In this document: one piece after another, positions 1 to 13,028 of the stretch
Numbering within the stretch: the stretch's first letter is position 1
How the letters are laid out: each line of letters begins with the position of its first letter
Source: Mobula hypostoma
Lineage: Eukaryota
NCBI RefSeq assembly: GCF_963921235.1
Contig: NC_086097.1
Coordinates: 127,226,001 to 127,290,000 of the forward strand
Reading direction: 5' to 3'
Length of the DNA: 64,000 nt
The notes under the pieces: generated by a model
What the model was told of the DNA's origin: nothing
Databases searched by the model: none
The model's input: only the letters and a program-made list of their open reading frames with translations
Position numbers and translations under genes: made by a program

Positions 1-208
1 TTTTTTACTCAGAGAGTGGTTGGTGCGTGGAATGCACTGCCTGAGTCAGTGGTGGAGGCAGATACACGAGTGAAATTTAAGAGACTACTAGACACGTATA
101 TGGAAGAATTTAAGGTGGGGAGTTAAATGGGAGGCAGGATTTAAGGGTCGGCACAACATTGTGGGCCGAAGGGCCTGTAGTGTGCTGTACTGTTCTCTGT
201 TCTATGTC
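1..208 (+). mobile_element. CR1 3' end fragment
   Basis: ttttttactcagagagtggt...tggaatgcactgcc...gggccgaagggcctgt...tgttctatgt matches the CR1 3' ends at 30440-30657 and 31470-31700. Confidence 0.8.
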
Positions 209-214
209 TGCAGT

Positions 215-510
215 CTCCTGTCCCTCCTCTTTGACGGTAGCAATGGGAAGAGTGCATGTCCTGGGTGATGGGGTCAATGATGGATGCTGCCTTTTTGAGG
301 CATCACCTTCTGAAGGTGTCCTAGATACTGGCGAGGCTAGCCCATGATGGAGCTGGCTGAGCTTCCGATTTTTCTGCAGCTTTTTCCGATCCTGTGCAGT
401 GGCCTCTCTGTAACAGATGCTGATGCAACCAGTTAGACTGCTCTCCACGGTACATCTGTGCAAATTTGCTGGAGTCTTCAGTGGTATAGGAAATCTCCTC
501 AAACTCCTAA
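215..510 (-). mobile_element. Rex1/Babar LINE 3' fragment
   Basis: HRCTVESSLTGCI...AQDRKKLQ is homologous to 25570-25760. Confidence 0.75.
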
Positions 511-2934
511 TGCATGCACAGCCTAACGTAGCCGCACACGTAGGTGGTCATCCGGGTGAGGGAGACATAGTTACGTTTTAGCCCCCATTGCTGTGGGACT
601 TTGCCTCCATTGTCCAGACACTCTAGGGTTGTGATGTGAAGAATTCTTATCATCAGTTCCTTCGTAAACATAATAGGTAGAGTGAACAACTAACAGCTTT
701 TTAAAGGTTTTAATAAACATTTGTGTAGCCAGTGATCTCATGTGGGAGGTGACCATGTAGCAAGGACTGCAGCACACAAAGGAAGAGCAATTTTAACAGC
801 TGTGAAGTGTGGGTGTGTCTGCCTTTTGGTTGTAATTGTTAATTTGGCTCCATTACATACTGTATCTTGTACATTAACTCTCAGTAAATCCCTCAAAGCT
901 CAGTGCACACTTTTAAGTTCTGCTTTCCAGAAGCAAAAAACAAGTTTGATTTGACTTTTAGTTTAATTCAAAGAGAAGGCAATTCATTCCTGGAGCTGCA
1001 GGGCCAGTAAATAAGTGTGTTGTGTTTAGTTTGGATTATATCCTGATCTGTCTGTTTTACTCTTCTTGAAACAGGAAGGCTAAACTTGGGAAATGTTGAC
1101 AACTGATGCAAACCGTAAAGTGGTGGAAACTCAGTAGACAATTCTAAAGTGTGGTAATTGACTTTTTAAACTGTTCACAAAATCACTGGATTTGGTGTGG
1201 ATTGACCACATTTTATAGAATGGGGGGTGGGGTGTTCTGCTTTTATGGTGGGAGGGGTTGCTAAAGGTGAACTGCTTGCAGAGAACATCAAATTCCAACA
1301 GGTGGTGAAGGGTACAAAACAAGGGACTAATCATTAGTTCCTTTAAAAACCTTCATTCAAAGTCCATCCTGTTTAACTCCTTTTTAGACCTGATCCAGCC
1401 CCTCATCTTCCTCTCTTTCCAGCCTGATCCGACATGGTTACAAGGGAATCACTAATTGCAGTAAACAACCTAAATATAATTAATGATAATTGATATAAAT
1501 CACATGGATGCAATTAGCATGAATGGGAATAGTTGCTTAACTCTGCAGATCAGGAAGTTTTATGCAGGAATTTTCCTCCTACAAATTGAGTGGCTGGGCC
1601 AGTTTTGTAGAAGGATTGGATTACTGTTTAACCATAGAAAAGTGCAGCTTTGATGGGTGGGATGGCATTTTCTCATTCCACTTATAATTACTGCCATTCA
1701 GGGTGGGAAAGTTTAATGAGTGGAGTGCTGAAAAGCTGTGTGTTAAACATGGTAGTCATCGGAGAAACAGTGGAATGAAAAACTCTGTGGAGGGAGTTGC
1801 AGGTTTTTGCATCAGTTCTGGTTGTGGCTGACTCATCTTGCTAAATGGTTTGTAAGCCTTTTTGAATGTATAGTAATATGTTTTATAGCTACCACAGAAT
1901 AGACTGCAAGGTGACTTATTGAAGGACTTGCCATTAGAAATATTATGTGCTGTGAATGTATATTCATTTCTTGCAGTAGATTTAAGGTATGAATTGAGTC
2001 TCTTCATAACTTGGGCAGGGCAGATCAGTGAAGCTTTATGAAATAACACCGGTTTACTCCTCTAAGTTGCTCCTGAGCATAGATAGAAAGAGCAAGGATT
2101 CGTATAGGACTCCAAATCCTAAAGCATATTTTTCAGATGGATTTGCTCAAGGCAGTGTCCACAAAAAAGAAAACTGAGGGATTATCAGCTTATCCTTGCT
2201 GGTGTTTTATAGAAGGAAGTTGGCCAGTGAGCTCTGAACTGCTCAATTTAGCTGCTTTCACTCACATTTCTCTCTGTTGTCTATTGTCCAGTGATTTCAT
2301 GTTCACATAGGAAAAATCATGTCCTCTGCAAGCACTGTCCTTGAGCAGTGGGAATAGCTAGAGGTGCTGGGCAATCTGTCTCTCTGCACAGCCCTTGGGT
2401 TTGCTGCTGATTTCCACTTTCACTTGTTGCCCCTTGACTTGCTGATTTGCATATGGAGGAGCTATAGACCCCCAACCTCTCAACCCCAAACCACTAGCTT
2501 ACCCTAGTTAAACTCAGTGTCAAGATGTGAGATGTTGTGTCACTCTTCCATGGACAGTCACAGGTGTGATATATATACCATCCTGCACAAGTTGGTGTAC
2601 CGGACCTCTGATTCTACCGGAATCACCTCCGGACTGGCGAAACAATTTTGCCAGCCCCAGTTCCAATGACCCAAAGTGGATCCAGACCCTGGATTCCACT
2701 GCTACCAACTCCAGTTCCTATAACCCCGGATGCCTTCTGTCCAGCTGCAGCCTGGACCTTGGCTGCTAGCATCTCCAGGTGGAGATTTTCCTCACTGCCA
2801 CTGGGTCCCGGGCTCACCTTCCCCTACCTCCACTCTCCAACCCCGGTGTACTTAGTCTCCTCAATCACCACTTGGGTCCACAGAGCCTCCATCTTACTCC
2901 CACCCCACTTTCCCTGAATATCCAAACCCTCCGC

Positions 2935-4885
2935 TTAGCTTTTCTTTTGGTCAACCCTTCTCCACCACTGCCCGCCCCCCCCCCCCGATCTCAGGTCTAA
3001 TCCTTGCCATGTCTTCACCATTCCCTCTAACCTTCCCCTCTCTGAGGCTGCATGTTCTGTTCTCAGCAGGGGCCTTAACTTTGTCTCCCCTGGCCCACAC
3101 CTCAGTGAGTTCAGAGCCCACTTCTTTGGCAAGAATTCCCCTCCCCACACTGATAATCCCCTCTCCCATTTCCAACCCTCCTCTTACTTGGACACCCGAC
3201 TCTGATTGTCTACCTGATCTGGATCTTTTCATCTTGTATTGCTGATGAGATGTCAACTGACTTAACTTCAGCACTCCTCCCTCCCTCTCGAACTTTACCC
3301 TCTCTAAATGCACTGCCCTACATTCTCTCCACACCAATCCCGACCTTGCCGTCAAACCTGAAGACAAAGTGGGTACTGTTGTAGTGAGGCGGACTGAACA
3401 CCACCTTGCAAAAGCCAGGCGGCAACTTGCATGCACCTCCTCATACCCACCCCTTGAAGAGGACCCTGCTCCAGACCATCAGAAAACTGTCTCCAACTCT
3501 AGCACTGACCTCACCAACCCTGGAGAACTCTCATCCACTGCCACCAAACTCGCCCTTCCCTTGGCCCACTCTACTCGCTTACACCTCCTAGCCAAGATCC
3601 ACAAACATGATTGTCTGGGTAGATCCATTGTCTTCACCTGCTCCTGGCCCACTGAACTTGTGTCCTCATAACTTGACTCTGTTCTATCCCCCTTGGTTCA
3701 GTCTCTTCCCATCTGCATCCATGACAGTTCTCGTGCTAACGAAGTAATTTTTAATCCCATGGCCCTGACCACCTCATTTTCACCTCTATCACCTACACTT
3801 CTCCGTATGGAAGAACTCATTGTCACTCTCAGCAATTATCCCTTCAGCGTCTCCCAGTTTCTCCAGACTCGAGGGCTTCGTAGAACAGTCTATGTTCCAA
3901 GCCTTCCCTGGTAATGCTCCCCATCTCTTCCTCCACTACATTGGTTCTGCTTCATACACCTACACTGAGCTCACCAATTTCATCAGCTTTACCTCCAACT
4001 CCACCCTGTGCTTAGATCCATTTGGTCCATTTCTGACATCTCCCTTCCCTTTCTCGATCTCTCTGTCTCCACCTTAGAGACAAATTGTCAGCCAAGATTT
4101 TTTTATAAACCTACTCATTCCCATGTCTACCTTGACTATATGTATTCCTACCATGTCTCCTGTAAAAATACTATTCCTTTTTCTCTGTTCCTTCATATCC
4201 ATCACCTCTAATCCCAGGACATTAGGGATGTACTCCTTCTTCATGAATAGGGTTTCCCTTCCTCCACAATTGTTGCTGCCCTCACCTGCATTTCCTCCAT
4301 TCCCCAGACATCAGTGCTCATCCCATCTTCCCGCTGCCTTAACAGTGAAAGAGTTCCGCTTGTCCTTACCTACCACCCCAATGGCCTCCACATCATTCTC
4401 CACAACTTCCAACATCTCCAAAGGGATCCTACCACCAAACATCTTTACCCCCCGCTCCTCTCTCCGTGGGGATTGCTCACTCAGAGATTCCCTTGACCAT
4501 TTGTCCCTCCTCACTAACTCCCTCCCAGCACTTCCCTGCAAGCAGCTGAAGTGCTACGCCTGCCCATTCACCTCCTCGCTCACCTCTGTTCAGAGCCCCA
4601 AACTGTCCTTCCAGGTCCACTCTTGTCTTCTATCAGCTTCATCCTCTTCAGACCTTTATCATTTCCACTCTCCTGACTTCACCTAACATCTTCTAGCAAT
4701 CTTCTTTCCCCTCCTCCCACCTTTTTATTCTGGCATCTTCCCCCTTCCTTTCCAGTCCTGAAGAAGAATCTCAGCCGGAAATGTCGACTGTTTGTTTCCA
4801 TAGATGCTGCCTGACTTGCTGAGTTCCCTTGGCGTCTTGTGTGTGTTGGTTTGGATTTCAAACATCCGCAGAATTTCTTGTGTTT
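2935..4885 (+). mobile_element. Degenerate Penelope-like element (RT remnants and 3' repeat with decayed hammerhead at 4753-4790)
   Basis: Frameshifted homologues of the 34521-36608 ORF (KIHKHDCLGRSIV, YKPTHSHVYLDY, RVPLVLTYHP). Tail cagtcCTGAAGA...GAAAtgtcgactg. Confidence 0.85.
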
Positions 4886-6382
4886 GGCTGCTGCAGAGGG
4901 ACTCCACACGGAGTGTTCCGTAATATATATCTTCCTCCACTTTGGTGCTTGGCTGTCTGGAGTTTGAATGACCAGTGGTAATACCACAGCAAGGTTACAT
5001 GAAAGATTGACTGTGTTAGGACACTTAGTAACAATTCGGCAGCTGCCCTTCAGTTTGGGGTTGGGTTTTCTTGTGCGAGTGGAGCTGTACTAGTAGGGAC
5101 AGTGTAGAAGCCACATTGAATACAGTGTGGGCTTGTTCGTGCCTGAAAGAAGGGCTTGAACCTTGCTCATTGCCCTCTGATAATTTTCACTATTCATGAG
5201 AGCTCTTATTGACCCTCCTTCAGAGCCTTTTGGGAAGAAGAGCTCTAGGTATTCAGAGTGCACGTTTAAAACTCTGATCAACAAAATCCATTCCTGCCTG
5301 GACTGCACATCAACCATCTGAAGGAAAGATGTTTGAAGAATGAAGAATTACCTTGATGACAATCAAGTTTATTGGGCGGCATAGTCATCCTGTTTCCTTC
5401 TGAGACATGGACTACCTATGCTAAATACCTTGAAGCACCAAAGAAGTACCACCGTCTCTGTCTCTGTCTCTGTCTCTGTCTCAATCCAGCCAAACCAATA
5501 TGAGCATCTACTTCCAGGCCAAGGTTCCATTTGTGGTTTTGATTGTGCTCCAGTAGTCAGCTACCATTGACACCGTGCCAGTCACTGGATCTCAAATAGG
5601 ACTCTGTTCAAAAGCTCCATCAGAACTGGCCTACTCTGGTGAAATTGTTCCTGTTTCTGCTCTCCATTGGATTTATTCTGGCTTTTAAAATATTCCCCAT
5701 CCCAAAAATCGACATTTTTTTCCCATATTTATGCTCTGAATCTGATTTTAAGGTGGATATGGGAAACGTCTGAAGGATGTTCTTGAATACAACATCCTTA
5801 CCCAATGCCTGCTCAAATTGGTTGAGAGGCTAACAGGAAGGCATCAAGCAATTTGAATCTCACCAGAATGCCACGTACAAAGAACTTGTTGTCCCAGCAA
5901 TCCAACTGCTCACATGACCTGTGGCAGAGACTATAGATCCCACATTGGACATCAGTTACCTCAGGATATCCAGAGCTGGAGGTGATGCAAGTCCTCCTGC
6001 ATCCCAAGAAGCTCTCCAAGAAATAACTGGCCTACCCTGAGCAAAATGCATATCCGATTCTGATTTCTGTTGGATTTGCTCCCATTCCAAAAATAAGAGG
6101 AAATAATTTTTTCCATATTTATATCTTATCAAATCATTAAATATTGTTTACCTTGGTACTTTTTGTTTATATTGGTTGCACATGAAAAAACGTAGACAAA
6201 ACAAAACGGTTCTGTCAGCAAGGGTGCATACTCAAGACGTGTTTGTGCTTGAGCCATAGTTTTCCGCTCCCTTTTACATCAATTAAAATTTACCCCATTG
6301 CATCATCTTTTAAGAACATCTTGCCATGAAAGTGACTTTGGGCTAGAGACAGTGAGCAAATTTTAAGTTTGTCTTTTTAAAA

Positions 6383-7245
6383 ACAAGGGAAAATCTGCAG
6401 ATGCTGGAAATCCAAGCAACACACACAAAATGCTGGAGGAACTCAGCAGGCCAGGCAGCATCTATGGAAAAGAGTACAGTCGACGTTTGGGGCCGAGACC
6501 TTTCAGCAGGACTGGAGAAAAAAGCTGCGGAGTAGATTTAAAAGGTTGGGGGGGGAGGGGAGAGAGAAACAAATGGTGATAGGTGAAACCTGAAGGGAGA
6601 GGGATGAAGTAAAGAGCTAGGAAGTTGATTGGTGAAAGAGACGGAAGGCCATGGAAGGAAGAAGAAGGAGGGAGGAACACCAGAGGGAGGTGATGGGTGG
6701 GCAAGGAGATAACATGAGAGAGGGACAAGGGGATGGGAAATGGTGAAGAGGGGGGTGGGGGGGGCATTACCAGAAGTTTGAAAAATCAATGTTATGCCAT
6801 CAGGTTGGAGGCTACCCAAACAGAGTATAAGGTGTTGTTCCTCCGACCTATGTGGCCTCATCACAACAGTGGAGGAGGCCATGGATAGATATATCGGAAT
6901 TGGAAAGTGGAATTAAAATGGGTGGCCACTGGGGGATCCCGCTTGTTCTGGCAGATGGAGCATATAGATGCTCGGCAAAGCGGTCTCCCAATCTACGTCA
7001 GGTCCCACCGATATACAGGAGGCCACACCAGGAGCACCGGGCACAGTATATGACCCCAACTGGCTCACAGGTGAAGTGTCGCCTCACCTGGAAGGACTGT
7101 TTAGGGCTCTGAATGGTAGTGAGGGAGGAGGTGTAGGGGCAGGTGTAGCACTTGTTCCACTTGTAAGGATAAGTGCCAGGAGGGAGATCAATGGGGAGGG
7201 ACGATTAGACAAGGGAGTAGCATAGAAAGCACAAAGTGTGGGTAG
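6383..7245 (-). mobile_element. Penelope-like element 3' portion (GIY-YIG remnant and terminal repeat; decayed hammerhead at 6477-6514)
   Basis: Minus strand encodes EEQHLILCLGSLQPDG. The terminal repeat tctgcagatgctggaaatccaagcaacacacacaaaatgctggaggaactcagcagg is shared with the other copies. Confidence 0.88.
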
Positions 7246-7559
7246 GGAGGAGAATGTCTTCGTTGATGCAAGCAGATGTACGATGAGCATCTCCTTCATT
7301 TTCTCTGCCAACGAGCAACTGGCTGATGGGGTAGACTTGCAGTACTTTAAGCTCTTCATGTTTTGCACGATCTTGTGATCATTTCAATTACGGTTAGCTA
7401 GGACCTTTTGCTGACCCCGTAGAAGCTGCTACGACCGAGAGTGCTGCCATCTTACTGGAAACACATCATGTACGCTCATGTAATGCCTCTGCAGTGGATG
7501 CCTTTTCTGTCATTCTGAGAGATGACCAGATAGTACTCACTATCTGCCTGGGACTCAGG

Positions 7560-8590
7560 ATTGCTGAGTGTATAAAGTCTTCATATTGCAAATGCTCCTC
7601 ACATGTTAATCCTTTCTTCCCTACAATCATCCTCATGAACTTTTTCTGGACCCTCTCTGATACCAACAAATATTCTTAGATAAGGGGCCCAAAACTGCTT
7701 ATTATACTCTGTGGTCTGACCAATGCCCATGAAAGCCTCAGTATTACATCCTTGCTCTTATATTCTAGTCCTCTCAAAATGAATGTTAACATTATATTTG
7801 CCTTCTTTACCACCTCTAAGTTGACCCTTAAGGAATCCTGCACAAAGACTCCTGAGTCCCTTTTTAAATTTTCTCCCCATTTAGGAAAAAAAAAGTCTAC
7901 CTTTTTTCCCTTCTACAAAAGTGCATGACCATACACTTCCCTACACTAGATTCCATCTGCCCCTCCTTTGCCCATTCTCCTAATCTAAGTCCTTTTGCAG
8001 ACTCCCTGCTTCCTCAACACTACCTGCCCCTCCACCCATCTTCATATAGACTGCAAACTTGACCACAAAGCCATCAATTTTGTTATTCAAATCATTGACA
8101 TATAATGTGAACAGAAGTGGTCTCAACACTGACCACTGTAGAACACCACTAGTCACTGGCAGCCACCCTTTATTCCCATTCTTTTCCTTCTACCAGTCAG
8201 CTAATCTTCCATCCATGCTAGTATCTTTCATGTAATACCATAGGCTCGTAGCTTGTTAAGCAGCCTCGTGTGTCACCTTGTCAAAGGCCTTCTGAAAATC
8301 CAGGTATCTAACATCCACTGACTCTCCTTTGTCTATTTTGCATGTTATTTCCTCAATGAATTCCAACAGATATGTCAGGTAAGGTATTTCCCTTAAGAAA
8401 ACCATACACTCCTTGGCCTATTTTATCACGTGCCGCGAAGGAGCACAAGACCTTATCCTTAGTAATGGACTCTCCTTAGTAATAGTCACTTCTGCTCCCT
8501 GATACTCTTGTATTTCTGGCATACTGCTAGTGTCTTCCACAGTGAAGACTGACATAAATACTTATTCAGTTCATACACTATTATCTGCCA
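7560..8590 (-). mobile_element. Decayed CR1 LINE with internal deletions
   Basis: Reverse-complement homology to the CR1 copies at 47445-48441 and 56060-57410 (e.g. tattctagtcctctcaaaatgaatg, acaccactagtcactgg). Confidence 0.8.
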
Positions 8591-10680
8591 CCAAGAAGGC
8601 CTTAAATCTCCCCGCTTCTTTCTCAACAAATTCTCAAATTCCCAAGCAGTTCTCCTCCTCCATCTGGCAGAGCTGGTCCTCACCCTCAACTATTCCTCCT
8701 TTGATTCCTCCCACTTTCTGCAAACTCGAGGCATAGCCTTGGGCAACCGACTGTACTTGCTTTTTTGTTGGCTACTTGAAACAGTCCAGATTCCAAGCCT
8801 TTCATGGTAATGCTTCCAAGCCTTTCATGGTAATGCTCCCAAGCTCTTTTTGATGCCACATTGACAGCTGCGTTGCTGCTGCTTCATCCACCCATGCTGA
8901 GCTTGTCGATTTCATTAACTTTACCAAGTTCCACCCTGCTCCTAAATTCACTTGGTCCATTTCTGATACCTCCCTTGCCTTTTTGGAGACAAACTCTACT
9001 GACATTGTTTATAAACCTACTGCTTCCTATGGCTATCTTGACTATATTTCTCCTGTATAAAATGCTATTCCCTTTTCTCAGTTCCTGAATCTGCTCACAG
9101 GATGAGGTTTACTTTCCCAGGATATCAAAGATGCCTTCTTTCTTCAAAGAATGGGTGGGGTTTCCCTTCCTCCACCATTGACATTGCCCTCACCCACATC
9201 TCCTTCATTTCCCGGACATCTGCACTCACCCCATCTTCCCGCACCTTAACAGGGAATAGAGTTCCTCTCGTCCTTGCCTACCACCAAACGTATCCCTACT
9301 TCCCACTCACTCTCTGCTTTCTTCAGGGATTGCTCCCTTCATGATTTCCCCTTTCTATTCACCTGCCCCCCCCACTGATCTCACTCCTGGCACGTAACCC
9401 TGCAAGCAACAAAGTGCTGTACCTACCCATTCACCTCTTCCTTCACCTTCTCACATGGCTCCACACAGTCCTTCCAGCTGAGACAACACCTCTCCTGCAA
9501 ATCTGCTGGGCCCTTGATTGCGTTTGGTGCTCCTGATGTGGCTCTTCTTCACTGGTGTTAGAGTGGATTCTTTTTGGGTAGATGATTTGTTAACACTTAA
9601 ATGACTTTGGCCACCAGACTTCTATTTTAACGGTTTGACAAAGGACTGTGGATTGAGTCCACCACAATGGGCTTCCCAAAAGGAGTGAATACCAGATGCT
9701 TCTGGTGCCTGATGCTGTAGTTTTGAAGGCAGTATCACCTATACATTATAAATATTAATTGTATGAATTGTCTTCTATGTTAGCACGGGAAATGCCAAAT
9801 AAATGTGTTGTAGACTTAACTTACATTCCTAAAGGCTGTAGATACCAACCCAGACATGTTGGCGTCAGGAGGAAAGGATGGTGTGAGATTTTGTATGTAG
9901 CTTCAATAGGAAGCATTGTCTATGCATTGTCTGTAACTTTTTAAAGTAGCGATTGCCTTTGTGTTTAGATATAAATATCGAGCCCACATTTAGCTAGCAG
10001 ACCTTTCTGCAGAAAGCGTCTCCGTGCGTAAGATGCCTGCTGTACCTTGTTGTGTCGAATAAAGAAACTGCTTTGTATCTACCAGTGACTGTCTCGCCGG
10101 TAATTTCATCCACGTTACAACAGCTGGTGAGACCCAACATAAATTGGGCAACCGCTTTGTCAAGCACCACCGCTGCACCTACCAAAAGCAGAATTTCCTG
10201 GTGGTCGGCCACATTAATTCCTATCCCTATTCTATTCTGATGTGTCGGTCCACGGCCTCCTCTTCTGCCACAATGAGGTGACTTTCAGGATTGAGGAGCA
10301 ACAGCTTATATTCAATATAATTATCCCCAACCTGATGGCATGAGCATCAATTTCTCCTTCAATTAATTTTTGTTTATTTTTTCCTTTTCCCCTCCCATTC
10401 CTTCTATTTCCACTCTGGCCTCCTACCCCTGCCTATCACCTCTCCTTTGTGCCCCTCCTTCTTCCTACCTGGTTTCACCTGTCATCTTGTCTTCCTTCCT
10501 CCTCCCCCACCCCCCCCACTTTTTTTTACTCTGGCTTTTTCGCCCCTTTTCCAGTCCTGAAGAAGGGTCTCAGACAGAAATGTTGACTTATTTCTATAGA
10601 TGCTGCCCGATCTGCTGAGTTCCTCCAGCGCTTGGTGGGAATTGCTCTGGATTTACAGTTCCTGCAGAATCTCTGGTGTT
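8590..10680 (+). mobile_element. Degenerate Penelope-like element interrupted by a solo LTR
   Basis: GFPSSTIDIAL and NRVPLVLAYH remnants. The endonuclease sequence resumes at 10123 (gctggtgagaccc). Decayed hammerhead at 10552-10588. 23-bp tandem duplication at 8791-8836. Confidence 0.8.
9556..10122 (+). mobile_element. Solo LTR (567 bp)
   Basis: Starts TGTT and ends AACA, with an imperfect terminal inverted repeat (gtggat/atccac). Flanks are actgg/gctgg (5-bp TSD, one mismatch). TATA-like atataaat near 9969 and AATAAA at 10058-10063. It splits the surrounding PLE sequence. Confidence 0.75.
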
Positions 10681-10862
10681 AATAGATTTGAGGGACTGCA
10701 TGGCCCTTTAATTTCAGAATCAAGTTTATTATCAGTGACTTATTTAATGTGAAATTTGATTTGCGGCAGCAGTACAGTGCAAGGACAGAATGGCTGAGGG
10801 TAAAAAGCTATTTCTGAGTTGTTGAGTGTGGGTTTTCAGACTTCTGCATGTTTTAGGAAAAT

Positions 10863-10995
10863 GAGTCCTGATGAAGGGTCTTGGCCCAAAGCGTCGACTG
10901 TACTCTTTTTCATAGATGCTGCCTGCTCTGCTGAGTTCCTCTAGCATTTTGTCTGTGTTGCTTAGATTTCCAGCATCTGCAGATTTTCTCTTGTT
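10863..10995 (+). mobile_element. Short PLE terminal-repeat fragment with decayed hammerhead
   Basis: gagtcCTGATGAagggtcttggcccaaagcGTCgactg followed by the shared tail catagatgctgcctg...cagcatctgcagattttctcttgtt. Confidence 0.8.
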
Positions 10996-12246
10996 AGAGA
11001 AATACCTTAACTTCATTTAGCTCCTCTGCCATTTTTGAAAAGGAAGATGAGAAAGAAAGTGTTCATTGTCAAGTATAGGTAGGTGTTAATTGTCAGGTAT
11101 AGACGGAGTATCAGTGAACTGTGGTTATATAGGGCTGCTTAAAACATGGGTCAATCATTTTCAATCTGGAGGTTTTGTTAGGACTTTCTTGTATCATTTT
11201 GCACTGGGATTGAAGTTGGGTTTTCTTTGATCAGTCAATCCGGGGTCACGTTTGTGCTGTTAACTGCAAAATTATAAATAAGTTACACAAATATGAGGTG
11301 AGACTTGTACCCCATGCAGACCATTCAATTCAATTCAATAAAAGTTTAATTGTCATTCAAGCATACATGAATACTCATGAATACAGCCAGACGAAACAGC
11401 GTTACTTTGCAATCGAGGTGCCAACAGTCATTCGCAGCACAAAGCACATATAAGGTAGAAAGGTAGCCATGCTATAAAAGAGTCCAAACTCGGGCCATTG
11501 AACACTACAGAAATGTACAGGTGACCATAAAAGAGCTTGTCAACTGCTGAGCGAACAGGGGGGTGGGGAGGGGGGCAGCAGTGACCCCCCGGCTGGGCGC
11601 CGCACCACAGCACCCTCAGTGGAGTGCACTGGCTCCGACGCCTCTCTCCTGGCGGCTGTGAACAGGCAACACCGTGGCTTGAGGCATAGTCCACGTTCCA
11701 GCTGAGGCCACGCAGGCCCCCCCCCCCACCGCCATCTGCCCCTGCTCACTGCAATAAATCAGCGAGTCGAATGTGGGGCATTCCACATTAACCATGTCCA
11801 AAGGGGTCCTGTGATCCTTATTGCCTCTGCAGCGGATGCTTTTTCTGTTGTTCTGAGAGACGGCCAGATAGTACCCGCTATCTGCCTGGGACTTGGGATT
11901 GCTGAGTGTATAAATTCTTTGTATTGCACAACAGTGCCAGCTTCAACTTGCATGGGGGGCCATGAATGTTGCAATCACATCTCGAGGAGCTCCTGACAGA
12001 TATAGCACTTGAAATACTGCTGCCACGAGTTATCCTGTTTCCTTTCAATTAGTTATTAAAAAATGTTTTGGAGTTGCAAAGCACAGAACACAACAGGTTT
12101 ACAGTGCTGGAGAAGATGGGATTTACAGGGGTTTGGGGTAGACATTAGAAAGAATTGGAAATGGGCTGGTTAGGAGCCCAAGTAGATCAGTAGTCATGGA
12201 GGTAAAGGCTGAATGGGAACTATATTGTGGTTACCATGTGAATTTA

Positions 12247-13028
12247 GGTTACGTCCACACTAGACCGGATAAATCTGAAACAAAGCTTTTTTGCTTCATT
12301 TTGACCCTCTGTCCACACTGAAATGGCATTTTCCTCCCCCAGAAATGGAGCTTTTCTAAAATGCTCTCCAGAGTGTTTAAATCTGAAACGCTGGTTAGGT
12401 GTTGTAGTGTGTACGGGGTAACCGGAGGTTTTAAAAACCTGTCATCCATTTTATCAGTGAAGAGACTATAGCTGTAGGAAATGTTTCCAGGGTGACCCCT
12501 CTGTGGAAGTGGGGAAGATGTTGGCGGGGCCACTCAGGGGTCTGTGTGCTCGTATGTGTAGCTATTGTAGTGGCTGTGAGGCTGATATTGTGGCGATGAA
12601 AAGTACTGTGGGAGTGGGGGAGCCATCATATTCCTCATCATTGCAAATCCCTCTGCAACAGAGTTAGTCAGTTTTTCAATGTTCATCGTCAGCCGGGTCA
12701 TACTGTCCGTGAACTCCTTGTCGGTTGCCTCCGGTATTTGATTTTTAGTTTTAAGTCCTCCTGCGCGAGAGCCAACAGCTGTCTGTCGTTTGACAATTTC
12801 CTTTTAAATTTTTTTTTCTGTAACTGGACAAACGCGCACCAAGTATACCGTTTCCTCTTCGCTTCTTTTTTGTAGATGTGTGCTGTGCATGCCCGGTAGG
12901 AGGAGATTCGCCCAATTACGCGTTTTAATGTGGACGGAGGTATTTTCAAAAACTCCTGGTGTGGACGCCTATTGTTTTTACACAAAACTGGCATTTTCAA
13001 AATTATCCAGTCTAGTGTGGACGTAGCC
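12247..13028. mobile_element. PIF/Harbinger-type non-autonomous DNA transposon
   Basis: TIRs GG(T/C)TACGTCCACACTAGAC(C/T)GGATAA at both ends. TTA TSD at 12244-12246 and 13029-13031. Confidence 0.85.

Noticed and set aside
5760..5970. Possible ancient RTE LINE 3' end
   Set aside because: Only faint resemblance; too decayed to support without alignment.
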